Below are positions 39,050 to 51,737 of a stretch of 52,930 bases of DNA, in pieces. The notes beneath the pieces were generated by a model that did no database searches, was not told the origin of the DNA, and worked only from the letters and a program-made list of their open reading frames with translations. Each line of letters opens with the position of its first letter. Within the stretch, counting starts at the first letter, position 1. The DNA is from Octopus bimaculoides (taxonomy: Eukaryota): contig NC_068981.1 in the NCBI RefSeq assembly GCF_001194135.2, positions 141,897,350 to 141,950,279 on the forward strand, given 5' to 3'. A program made the position numbers and the translations under genes.

Positions 39050-39826
39050 CATATACATATATATGTGAATGTCGATGATAGCTTAACAGGCGGAAACTTC
39101 GAAGTCACTGTCAATAATATTCTTGTTAAATAAAAATAATTCTGTACTCTACAAAAATATAGAGTAAGCCTTCAGAGAAATGTAAAATAGTTTTCATTAT
39201 AACTGAACATAAAAACAAACATTATGCTATATATATGCGTGTATGTGTGTATGTAAGTGTGTATGTGTATGTGAGTGTTTGTGTGTGTATGCTCATGCGT
39301 TTGTATATGTGCGTGTTATTGTGTTACAAACACATAAATATATATGCTTGTATATAAATGTTACATATATGTGTGCGTGTTTGTGGTGTGTTTTCAAGGG
39401 AGAAGAAATATATTCGTGTAGAATACTCAAAAGTCTTCATTATTTTTATAAGCAATGAGACTTGAGTTTTTCTTTTCAGCTTATAACCATATATGAATAC
39501 ATGAATATAAATGTACTTTCATCTTTATGCAGACGCATTGCATATTTATATACGTTTCTACAGCTAAATATATTTATGAATACACCACGTAAGTAAATGT
39601 TCAAATAATATCTAGCGTACGACAGCTATAAATATGTTCATTTTTTTCTAATTACCGTATGTTTCCAATTCTTAATCTGATATTCGGAATATTTTCAGAC
39701 ATTTTAATTAAGCGGATTACCTAAACTTAAAATGAATATATCAGGAGAATCGCTGGTTAACTAATGGAATTTGAGGAGGATATATTTATGTATATGCCTG
39801 TATAAGACTGTTTACGGTTGCACATT

Positions 39827-39857
<31 letters not shown>

Positions 39858-40925
39858 GTACATACATACATACATATGTATGTATATATACTTATATATA
39901 CACATATATGCTCATATATATATGTATGTATATACATATATATATGTATATATATATATATACATACATATATATAAATACGTATATATATATATATATA
40001 TATATATATATNNNNNNNNNNNNNNNNNNNNNNNNNNNNNNNNNNNNNNNNNNNNNNNNNNNNNNNNNNNNNNNNNNNNNNNNNNNNNNNNNNNNNNNNN
40101 NNNNNNNNNNNNNNNNNNNNNNNNNNNNNNNNNNNNNNNNNNNNNNNNNNNNNNNNNNNNNNNNNNNNNNNNNNNNNNNNNNNNNNNNNNNNNNNNNNNN
40201 NNNNNNNNNNNNNNNNNNNNNNNNNNNNNNNNNNNNNNNNNNNNNNNNNNNNNNNNNNNNNNNNNNNNNNNNNNNNNNNNNNNNNNNNNNNNNNNNNNNN
40301 NNNNNNNNNNNNNNNNNNNNNNNNNNNNNNNNNNNNNNNNNNNNNNNNNNNNNNNNNNNNNNNNNNNNNNNNNNNNNNNNNNNNNNNNNNNNNNNNNNNN
40401 NNNNNNNNNNNNNNNNNNNNNNNNNNNNNNNNNNNNNNNNNNNNNNNNNNNNNNNNNNNNNNNNNNNNNNNNNNNNNNNNNNNNNNNNNNNNNNNNNNNN
40501 NNNNNNNNNNNNNNNNNNNNNNNNNNNNNNNNNNNNNNNNNNNNNNNNNNNNNNNNNNNNNNNNNNNNNNNNNNNNNNNNNNNNNNNNNNNNNNNNNNNN
40601 NNNNNNNNNNNNNNNNNNNNNNNNNNNNNNNNNNNNNNNNNNNNNNNNNNNNNNNNNNNNNNNNNNNNNNNNNNNNNNNNNNNNNNNNNNNNNNNNNNNN
40701 NNNNNNNNNNNNNNNNNNNNNNNNNNNNNNNNNNNNNNNNNNNNNNNNNNNNNNNNNNNNNNNNNNNNNNNNNNNNNNNNNNNNNNNNNNNNNNNNNNNN
40801 NNNNNNNNNNNNNNNNNNTGTGTGTGTGTGTGTGTGTGTGTGTCTGTGTGTCTGTGTGTGTGTATGTGTGTGTGTATACAAAGGGAATGGGGAGGGAGAG
40901 AGAGTTTTATGGACATATTTGTGTA

Positions 40926-41780
40926 CGAGAAGCATTCCAGAAGTTTTAAGAATTTCTCTAGCGAGACGTATTAATTTCAATTACAAGATTCTAATCTCCT
41001 TCGAAGTTCGATCCTCTGGCTTCAGTGCAATTGTAGCGCTCCAGGCACTTTGTGGTGACCCCATGGAAGTTCTCCAAAATAAGGATAGTTGTTAAAGGGC
41101 CATCTTCTCGGTGTCTTCTAAACTACCGCTCCTGTGTTTCTCTTTCAGTTTGGGGAACTGTCAAGGGTCACAAGCAGCAAAGTCTAGACTGTATGGAGGG
41201 TGAGGGTCAGCTTTTGTGCTCATCTCTGTCAAATAGTTGTTTAGAAGAATGGATGTTCATCACCAAGCTGTCTGGGGAAAAAGTTTGCACCAATCTTGCA
41301 CTTACTCATCTGTGTACAGTTGTCACACCAAAACCAAACTGCACACCTATTGTCTTTATAGGCATAAGACGGTTTTCATCCAGAAAATTACAAATTTACT
41401 CCGCTAGCTCTGAGTTTCTGACGTTCCCTTTCTTCCCAAACCTCTCAAAGTCTCCCAGACTCTTATGCCAGCAAAAAATTGATCTACAAGCAATCTGGAC
41501 CATTTCATCAGTTGCTGTGGCTCTGTTTCACAGTTTAACACGAAACTTTATTGTCTAACTAGTTTCTAAACGTCCAAGCTGCATTTTACCTGTTAGTCAG
41601 CTTTAATAAGTAGTGTTTTGTAGAGTGTTTCAAACAGCTGCTGCAGCTACCTCCTTCGATATGGAATAACCAAAGTTTCCAGGTCAACTTGTTATAATGA
41701 TAAGTTAAAATTACAATAATCTAGGAGAGTTATAACTGCCTTTCCTAGAAATGGTCTCATAACTACTGGAATGAACCTCG
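40926..41780 (-). mobile_element. Second mariner, internally deleted and highly decayed
   Basis: HPPYSLDFAACD (YSPDL-like) at 41167-41202, FPKLKE, LERYNC..GSNFEGD C-terminus; degenerate TIRs starting CGAG (about 19/25 match), TA on the left and TG on the right. Confidence 0.75.
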
Positions 41781-41783
41781 TGC

Positions 41784-41835
<52 letters not shown>

Positions 41836-42874
41836 GTCTATCTATCTAAATATATGGGCGGGGGTGGTTGTATGCACAGACACACACACACTAACTATAT
41901 ATAGCGAGAGAGAGAGAGAGGGGGGGAAGAAGAGAGAGTAAAATGATGATGATTGTGAAGATGAAAACTCAAGGATGGCGGAATTAGGGCACTCGGCTAA
42001 TAAGCGAAAATGGCTTTCTTACGTTTTGCCAACTGTTCTTCTTTGACCTCTATTACCAGGATATTATCTCTCATACAGTACAACAAGAAAGAATCGACCC
42101 GCTTAACCGAGTAGAAGCATTATACTCCTAACTCCAGCTGCATATTAAAACAGATTATATGATAAGGGATAATTTAGCAAGCAAGGAAGCGTATCATGAG
42201 GTACTTGTGCTGATGGACACGTCTATATTGTTGCTTGGATTACTATTTATCATGTTTAATGTCAACTACTCACGAAAGGCAAATTAACTGCGTTATTAGT
42301 TCGGAGATAGAATCTCTTATGGACTTACTAAGTTTAAAAACACAAATTAATAAGTACCACACGAAAATCATCCAGCAAAGGCGGTGAGAATGCTAGACTC
42401 GCATTTCAGCGTTTTTAAAGTTGGTCAGTAGCATGTGTTCACTGATCATCGCATAAACCTTTGTCTGTTTCTTCTACGTTTGTAATTGTAACACAGACGC
42501 ACCTCTTTAGACGTTTTAATTTCTCCCCACCATATGGACATTATACTTCATTGCACAAATGAAGCCTTCAACCATTTACTAATGTGTCTCCATTTTAAGG
42601 CTAAACTTATATGAACGCCGGTTATGATTCTTTTCGGTTCATGTATATTTCCTTGCAAATTTTGTATATTCCCAAGATTTATGTACAGTCAGTAATCTCT
42701 GGTACGTCTTAATATCATAATCTAGTAGGTCAGTGTATGTTTAACATCGTTTTTTACGTCTATTGGTTTTGTAAGAACCCTCTTTTTGTACGTTACTTAC
42801 TTACAGTTCACGAGTTATTCTTCTATTTAATATGGCTTCCACAATGTTACAATGATGCTATATTGTTTGCCTGT

Positions 42875-42913
<39 letters not shown>

Positions 42914-42917
<4 letters not shown>

Positions 42918-43217
42918 GCTCAGTCAAATGTTTTGCAATATTTTGGAACGTAGTTTTATTCGTCAAGTTACAACAAAAGCACTCTAGCATTCAAAGTATG
43001 GCCATTTTGTTGCTTTGTCTAAAGCCAGCTTTTTGCCAGTTCTTCGATTCCACGCTGATTTCTATTCTGGTCCTTTGAAGCAAAGAACTCCTTCACTAAA
43101 GCGTCTACCTCCGCTTGGTTCATGAACACTCACGAGCACAGGAAGTGTGCCATGGATCAGAACATGGCCCCCAATTTGAATACTAGGCTGCTTGTGTTGT
43201 AACTTGACGAATAAAAC
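42914..43217. mobile_element. Mariner-derived foldback: transposase 3' end plus an inverted copy of the subterminal region
   Basis: Minus EVDALVKEFFASKDQ..RGIEELAKSW C-terminus ending at a CAGGGCTCAGTC terminus; about 42954-43005 inverted-matches 43164-43217. Confidence 0.68.
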
Positions 43218-43399
43218 AAATAAGTTACCAAAGTACATACTTACACACATAAGTATATATACACATACATACGTAGGTACGTACATACATGCACGCATAA
43301 TTATATATATACATACATACATAGATACATGCATGCATACACACACGCACATACACAAACACACACACACATATATCAGGTGCTTTAGTTTTGGTGAAG

Positions 43400-44345
43400 T
43401 ATTGTGCAGTATAACTTTAAATAATTCGAAACTGAAAACTAGGACGTGTGCGGATCCCGCTTTCTGCAGGATTTCCAAATCAAGATCACTGAGGAGAGTT
43501 TCATTTATTCAATTTTTTGTTGAAAAGAAGCCAGCATGAAGTTGTTCGTACACAACGAACCAACCCTGTCCACCAGAGCCAAAGTCGCTTACTTGCAAAA
43601 TAAAATCACCCGTATTAGAGACAGATGCAGCGAAGCAACTGACAAAGCTATCAATATCAAGCGGTTCCTCAAGAACTTAGCACATAACGGATATTCCCCA
43701 GTTGTATCCAAATGATTGTGTCCACGAAACATAAAAGTGGATAAACCACATAAGAAGATTCATAAGTAGGGAAAGTGCTTCATAAAACTGAACTACATCG
43801 ATGATAGAACATCTGCAGCTATACAACATGAGGTCCGCAAGGAGAAACTCATCACACAAATTATGCACGACATTTAATCCCTGAGGTAATTTCTATTGAG
43901 GAATAATACAAGAGATAGCATCGAGGTGTTAACAATAACCAATTCTCCCATCGACAACATAAAAGCGTGCTCGAGTGCATATGTGATATACGAAGCAGTT
44001 TGCAGTAAATGTAGGGCTTCCTACATGTGGAGCACAACCAGGAATCTGCACTTCTGTGTAAAAAAGCATATGCACACTGACACTTCAATAACGAAACGCC
44101 TAATGAAGTGCCAAACCCAGAATTTTAAAGTTACCATCAGGGTCACCATACGCAACAAAGGCAATAGCAGAATCACGGAAGCCTTCCTTGTAGACAAATT
44201 GAGAGCAGCTATTAAAAACAGGAATGAACTACATGAAGCACACACTCTGGTTTCTATAGCAACAGCAGTCAGCTCATGTTACCGTTCTCCTTCCTGCTCC
44301 TTACCAAATGTCATGAAAAAGGGGTCATAACCCCGAAGTATAGAA
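43400..44345 (+). pseudogene. Penelope-like element 3' part (RT thumb and GIY-YIG endonuclease)
   Basis: FLQDFQIKIT..KEASMKLFVH..RIRDRCS..LAHNGYS (RT C-terminal region); VIYEAVCSKCRASYMWSTTRNLH (GIY-YIG) from 43983; stops and frameshifts. Confidence 0.85.
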
Positions 44346-44448
44346 ACACAAGGTAAAACTGCAACTTTTTTTTGTTTTCTTTTCCTTTTCTTTTGTAATT
44401 TACTTTGTACCTTATCGCACATTGTTCCCGCATAGCACAAGAAATTAT

Positions 44449-44509
<61 letters not shown>

Positions 44510-45469
44510 ATATAAATTTAATCAAAAGACTGTTGATTAACAGCGCAGTCAAGATGATATTTTCTTCATCTCCTACTCTTGTATTTGGACACATTTACAA
44601 AATGACTTTCTTAATATGAACTTCCATTATGCAGCTGAGGAGTACATTTTCATTGCACATCTTATGCGGTGTTCTCACTATATAAATAAATGGAGTTTGT
44701 ACGAAACGTACGTACTGCTATAACCTAATACATTTTTGTTGCTTTTCTTCAAATATATATATATACATATATATATATATATGCATACATACATACACGC
44801 AGTAATNNNNNNNNNNNNNNNNNNNNNNNNNNNNNNNNNNNNNNNNNNNNNNNNNNNNNNNNNNNNNNNNNNNNNNNNNNNNNNNNNNNNNNNNNNNNNN
44901 NNNNNNNNNNNNNNNNNNNNNNNNNNNNNNNNNNNNNNNNNNNNNNNNNNNNNNNNNNNNNNNNNNNNNNNNNNNNNNNNNNNNNNNNNNNNNNNNNNNN
45001 NNNNNNNNNNNNNNNNNNNNNNNNNNNNNNNNNNNNNNNNNNNNNNNNNNNNNNNNNNNNNNNNNNNNNNNNNNNNNNNNNNNNNNNNNNNNNNNNNNNN
45101 NNNNNNNNNNNNNNNNNNNNNNNNNNNNNNNNNNNNNNNNNNNNNNNNNNNNNNNNNNNNNNNNNNNNNNNNNNNNNNNNNNNNNNNNNNNNNNNNNNNN
45201 NNNNNNNNNNNNNNNNNNNNNNNNNNNNNNNNNNNNNNNNNNNNNNNNNNNNNNNNNNNNNNNNNNNNNNNNNNNNNNNNNNNNNNNNNNNNNNNNNNNN
45301 NNNNNNNNNNNNNNNNNNNNNNNNNNNNNNNNNNNNNNNNNNNNNNNNNNNNNNNNNNNNNNNNNNNNNNNNNNNNNNNNNNNNNNNNNNNNNNNNNNNN
45401 NNNNNNNNNNNNNNNNNNNNNNNNNNNNNNNNNNNNNNNNNNNNNNNNNNNNNNNNNNNNNNNNNNNNN

Positions 45470-45515
<46 letters not shown>

Positions 45516-45876
45516 GCATACATACATACACGCAGTAATCATATATATTAGCCATTTAGGAAAATTAAAAGTAGCGCTTGAAAGCATTGGAAAAACGCAG
45601 TACTAACTTACTGTTATGAACGAAATACATATAATATAATAATTATTTTTGATTTCAACAGTGACGTAAGTATATTAAATAAATCACAAGCAAAACCCAC
45701 AATAGCAATATATATTTGAATAAACACATATTAGATGCTCGGCTGAATATAAGATATACATCATTAATTCTGTACTTAGAAGAGCACACGGACTCAGGAG
45801 AACACACATATATACACACACGTAGTTATACATATACATATAAGTACACTCGATCAAACACACGCACATATGTATG

Positions 45877-45910
<34 letters not shown>

Positions 45911-46074
45911 TGTATGTATATATATATGTTTGTGTATATGCATAGCCTATCTCTGCAATATATGGGAGATAAACCATGCGAATAAAGCAAAATGTAATAG
46001 CTAATGGATATACAAATATACTTGCAGACACTATTTAGGCTAAGTGTTTACGACATCTAGTGAGTGTAGATGAC

Positions 46075-46094
46075 AGAGAGAAAGAGAGCATGAA

Positions 46095-46138
<44 letters not shown>

Positions 46139-46192
46139 TCAGAGATAGAGACAGTGAGACAGAGGCAGCGACAGCGAAACAGAGATAGAAGG

Positions 46193-46247
<55 letters not shown>

Positions 46248-46265
46248 AAAAGAGAGAAAGAGAGA
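46075..46265. repeat. (GA)n/(GAAA)n purine tract
   Basis: Direct reading. Confidence 0.93.
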
Positions 46266-46844
46266 GAAGATGAGAAGCGAATCAATATAGATTAAGCCAG
46301 AGACACTTCCATTTTCATCTGCCCAATGATCTTATTTGAATAAGGTATTAGACTTAGTTCAATGCTGTTGAAGTTCATGTTTCTGCTGTTGCTCTTCTGT
46401 ATCCCAAGGTCAGACATGGTGAAGCAGACAACATAGGGTACATGAATAGTCAGTCGAACGACCAGGTGTGATCCACATATACCTAACACTAACCCTTCTA
46501 GCTGATGTCTATCTGGCAAGGATAAATTATAATCCACCTTTATCTGTATTGATATAGAAATTGCCATCAATAGTCGGCCGTATTCAGCTCCTTTCATCTT
46601 CCTCTCTAAATCTTTGTTGTAAGCCAAATATAGGAATCGCATTACGCATTGGAAAGGTTTTTAGAAACGTTTATTTCGACGTATGATGATAATAACGACT
46701 ATTATTGTCGTTGTTTAATTCATTGTTTAATTCAAGAGTTCTCGGTCGATCGAATCATCTTCCTGTATTTTATGTCTGGTACTTATTCTGTTGGTCACTC
46801 TTCTGCCAAATTTCTAAATTACGGCACGTAACAAATCTACGCGT

Positions 46845-46909
<65 letters not shown>

Positions 46910-47740
46910 AACATATGCATGTGCGTGTATCTGTATCTGTGTAATAATCTGTATACGTGTGTGTGTACGTATATGCTTGTATTTACGTACATATGCATGT
47001 ACGTATATGCATGCATACATGTGTGTGTATATCTGTGTATGCGTGCACGCGTAGGTATGTAATGTTACAGAGTTCAGCACAAAATCACTCTAACATATTA
47101 ATATATTTCATCTTGATTCACAAATAAATATTGGTCAATCTGAGATTACAGTAGAAGATACTTGGCACAGGTGCCGCTCAGGAAAATGAAGCCTCGTCTG
47201 TCGATGGATGAATAGATGGACAGATGGATGGATGGCAGAATAAATTCATGGAAACATAGATCAATATAACAACGAATATCATTGGCAAGTGTGAATCACT
47301 TGCCAATGCTTATACAAAAATTTCTACTTATGTATATACTTTGTCTTATATACACGTGCGTATACATCTGTTTGTTTGTCTAAACGTGGTTCTCTACCTA
47401 TTGCATCCTCAGTTTCTCAAATGTTTCATAGATTTTCAGAATTCCATTAATAATTTCTGAAAATAATTTCTCACTTAGCTGTGTCTTACAGGTTTGGGGA
47501 TGTTTAGCTTTCCAAGGATTATGACGAGGCTGTTAGTTGCATAGACAACTACGCCAATAATTACAGATGTAAATTTAAAGCAAATGTTAGGATGGGTTTG
47601 CCAACATCTCAATAGTTCGCTGAATATGTTATCGTTTTCGCTGGCCAAATGATTTCCAATACTCTGATACCTATTTCTCTCTGTCACTGAATGTTTTTCT
47701 AATGTTTTGATTGGAACATTTCAAGTATTTTGGGTAATTC

Positions 47741-47955
47741 GGCGAGCTGGCAGAATCATTACCACTCCGGGCAAACTGCTAATCAGTATTTCGTCTGTCT
47801 TTAGATTCTGAGTTCTAATTCTTCCGAGATTGACTTTGCATTTCATCCTTTCAGGGTCGATAAAATAAACACCAAATAAGCATTGTTGTCGATGTAATCC
47901 ACTTTCACCCATCCCCCCAAATTGCTGGTCTTTTGTCAAGTCTTGAAAGCAGTAT
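47741..47955 (+). mobile_element. SINE family A, diverged
   Basis: GGCGAGCTGGCAGAA head and TTTCATCCTTTCAGGGTCGATAAAAT core. Confidence 0.88.
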
Positions 47956-47989
47956 TTCGTGTGAGTATATATTCTACCTCAGAGCAACG

Positions 47990-48170
47990 TCTCATATTTT
48001 CTCGTTAGCATTCCCCTTTCTAATAATGACATTATATAATGTTTTGGCCACGTCATCGTACTACTTATGTATATAGCATCATGTTGACATTTTCGGTTGC
48101 TTATGATGTACGTGATAACTTCAACAATTGCTGTATCCACGTGCTTTGTAGGATAATTTGTCCTGACTAG
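47990..48170 (-). pseudogene. Highly decayed RLE-type LINE fragment (zinc-knuckle region)
   Basis: ITYIISNRK-MST..YDDVAKTLYNVI resembles ITHIIS.C....Y..RHD.VAK of R4/Dong-like ORFs. Confidence 0.45.
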
Positions 48171-49438
48171 CTCCATCTATTTATTCTTTGCGTTTTTCTC
48201 CACCAATCTAGGCTCTTCATCATAGCATTTACATTCTTGACCAATACTCTCACAAAGAAATATTTTAGGCTATAACTGTCTTATTGACAGCTAATTACGC
48301 GTCTTTTAGATGTTCTCATCAAAGAAAATACGTTTTATGTAATGTATAAACAAAGCGCAAGTCAAGGAGAGGCTATGTCAAAGACATATAACCCTACGAT
48401 ACTATATCTTTTCAGTAACTACACAATCATTTCCTAGATGATTGCAAGCTAGCCGAGGGCACGTCAAGGGCCTCCTGTACCTGCAAGACAGAAGACTGGT
48501 GGAGTAGATTCGAATAATTTCTTGCGATCCAGAAAATGTGTAACCTAATTTATTTATGCAGTTGCACTTCTGATATCAGAGTTTCATTAATTTGAAATTG
48601 CTCAGCACATACACAGACAGATTTCATTCTTCCCGACAATGCAACTTGTATAGCTGCATTGATAATGCTTTTAACAGAGTGATCCTAAATTAATAGCTCC
48701 AGACAGGTTAAATGTATTTTATGGCAAGAAATTGGGGTATAATTTTTCACCAAGTGAGTGACTTTGTTTTATGCAGATTTGTTTCCTCTTTCGTTTCGTT
48801 TGAGCATGTATGCATACGTGTGTGTGTATGTGTGTGTGTGTCTATGTATATATGTATTAATATATATATAGGTATGTATGTATATGTGTATGTGTATATG
48901 TATATGGATGTTTGTATGGGAGTATTTTTGTATGCATGTATGCAAATGTGTTTGTATATATATATGAATACATTGATGTGCACGTAATGATATTCACTGG
49001 CATAAGAATTTAATTAATATATTTGCATATACAGAGATTTAAACTACAGATATCTCAATACACAATAGCCAGAGTCACATGATCCTTTTTTTTCTGCTTC
49101 TTTCTGCCACGTTCCAAGAGTGTGGAAGGAGAAAGCAATCTTTATATTTATAGATGCATCGATTAGCCTCTCTATATATAAGCGGATATAAGTATTTTAA
49201 ATTTCTGTATATGCACATATATTAAGTAAATTCTTCTGCCTATGAATATGATTACAAGCACTTGTTTGTATGGATAAACACAAGTACATTTGCATATATA
49301 CATATAAATATGCATAAATACTCAGAAGCAAACATATATGTGTGCATAAATACACACACACACAAACACACGCACACGCGCGTGCACACACTCACACACA
49401 CATAGACACACACACGCACACACACATACGCACTCACG

Positions 49439-49484
<46 letters not shown>

Positions 49485-50115
49485 NNNNNNNNNNNNNNNN
49501 NNNNNNNNNNNNNNNNNNNNNNNNNNNNNNNNNNNNNNNNNNNNNNNNNNNNNNNNNNNNNNNNNNNNNNNNNNNNNNNNNNNNNNNNNNNNNNNNNNNN
49601 NNNNNNNNNNNNNNNNNNNNNNNNNNNNNNNNNNNNNNNNNNNNNNNNNNNNNNNNNNNNNNNNNNNNNNNNNNNNNNNNNNNNNNNNNNNNNNNNNNNN
49701 NNNNNNNNNNNNNNNNNNNNNNNNNNNNNNNNNNNNNNNNNNNNNNNNNNNNNNNNNNNNNNNNNNNNNNNNNNNNNNNNNNNNNNNNNNNNNNNNNNNN
49801 NNNNNNNNNNNNNNNNNNNNNNNNNNNNNNNNNNNNNNNNNNNNNNNNNNNNNNNNNNNNNNNNNNNNNNNNNNNNNNNNNNNNNNNNNNNNNNNNNNNN
49901 NNNNNNNNNNNNNNNNNNNNNNNNNNNNNNNNNNNNNNNNNNNNNNNNNNNNNNNNNNNNNNNNNNNNNNNNNNNNNNNNNNNNNNNNNNNNNNNNNNNN
50001 NNNNNNNNNNNNNNNNNNNNNNNNNNNNNNNNNNNNNNNNNNNNNNNNNNNNNNNNNNNNNNNNNNNNNNNNNNNNNNNNNNNNNNNNNNNNNNNNNNNN
50101 NNNNNNNNNNNNNNN

Positions 50116-50545
50116 AATGGAGTAAAAACGTACAGAATTGGCCCCTAGAGCAGTGGAAGTATGTTATTTTCTCGGATGGGTCATCCTTTACCTTATTTCC
50201 AACCACCTGCCGAGTATACATGTGGAGACAGTCAAAAGAAGTATTTTGACCCTGCCTGCTTTCTTCCAACTGTAAAAGAAGGAGGAGGATCTGTGACGAC
50301 CTGGGGGGGGGGGGCTATATCTTAGAAATCCGCCAGCCCGATGGTTTCCTTTCATGGCAGAATTAATAGTCAAGTCTATTTAAGCATTTCATCGGATCAA
50401 ATTCATCCTATGGTTGCGGAACTGTTTCCAGAGGGAAGCGCAAACTTTCATCATGATAATGCTCCAATTCACATATCTAAAGTTGTTACTGAATGGCACG
50501 AGGAACATTCTAGTGAAGTTAAACATCTTATCTGGCCACCGCAGT
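50116..50545 (+). pseudogene. Tc1-family transposase fragment (DDE domain)
   Basis: VIFSDG-like motif, LPTVKEGGGSVTTWG, FHHDNAPIH, WPPQSP; frameshifted; cut by a SINE B fragment at about 50546-50610. Confidence 0.88.
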
Positions 50546-50658
50546 CTCCAGCTCTCTTGGACATGTGCCTTCTATTATAGCCTCCAGCAAGCCCTGTGAA
50601 TCAAAAATTGATTGTGTCAACGTTGTTCTTCTTGTGAGTGATATATACAATAGCATAC

Positions 50659-50680
50659 CTCCAGATGTTCAGAGTTGATC
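50659..50680 (-). CDS. Candidate 22-bp microexon
   Basis: tcctcttcatttcacag/G acceptor and GAG/gtatgc donor, both near consensus; two frames open. Confidence 0.35.
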
Positions 50681-50930
50681 CTGTGAAATGAAGAGGAGAT
50701 TCTTGTATTGGTGCAGATGTACGTCTCAATGGTGCGGAAAATTAAAGATTAAAGAAAGAAATCTTTGGAAGAGTCTGGTTTTGTGTCACGTTCCCGTTGC
50801 AATGGTTAAAGCATCTACTGAAGTTTTCCACGCAGGAGAGTTATATTATGGGTGAAGTAGTGGGATAATGCAAATTTTTGGGGGATCCTCAACCCATTCA
50901 CAGTTTGAATTTGATAGCAGGAAAACATAC

Positions 50931-50965
50931 CAACTATCTGATGCACGAATGCCTTTTTTACAAGA
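50931..50965 (-). CDS. Candidate 35-bp exon upstream of the microexon
   Basis: atttttcaattag acceptor, TTG/gtatgt donor; splices to 50659-50680 without stops in two frames. Confidence 0.28.
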
Positions 50966-51699
50966 CTAATTGAAAAATATTAAACCAGCTGGTATGCATT
51001 GAATAATTTAGTTCGAATGCTTTCTGACTCTACTACTACTGTACAAATGCTTGAGAAGAACTTAAATGAAGTAAGATTAAAGGGCTTCGTTTGTGTGACA
51101 GATAGATGCTTTGGAAAATGCTTTCGATGACACGAAAATTAATTAAAATAGAATAAATGGTGTTTAATAATGTAATGTATGTATATGTCCGTATGTCAGA
51201 GTGTTTGAGTATGGAGACACTGAGACATAAAGAGAGATAGACAGAGAGAGATAGCAAATATAACACAGGCTTCACAATATTTAAAAAAATACGATACTAG
51301 CTTAAAACATTGCTGGAAGGAAAAAGAGACTTAACGCTTCGGACATTGGTCCTTGATCAGAAAAGAGAAGAAAAAGAGACAGTGAAAACGAAGAATAAAT
51401 CGTGAGAGTGAGTATAGCTACATACATAATTATATACATATACACAATTACACGCACACACACACACACGAATATATATATATATATATATANNNNNNNN
51501 NNNNNNNNNNNNNNNNNNNNNNNNNNNNNNNNNNNNNNNNNNNNNNNNNNNNNNNNNNNNNNNNNNNNNNNNNNNNNNNNNNNNNNNNNNNNNNNNNNNN
51601 NNNNNNNNNNNNNNNNNNNNNNNNNNNNNNNNNNNNNNNNNNNNNNNNNNNNNNNNNNNNNNNNNNNNNNNNNNNNNNNNNNNNNNNNNNNNNNNNNNN

Positions 51700-51737
<38 letters not shown>

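Noticed and set aside
44760-45541. Same roughly 45-bp sequence (..ATGCATACATACATACACGCAGTAAT) on both sides of a gap; similar at 12208-12300
   Set aside because: Most likely overlapping contig ends or a collapsed repeat; assembly artefact unless long reads show otherwise
47280-47308. 12-bp perfect hairpin CATTGGCAAGTG/CACTTGCCAATG; imperfect palindrome also at about 51961-52007
   Set aside because: Isolated and short with no context; a rho-independent terminator call is meaningless in this genome
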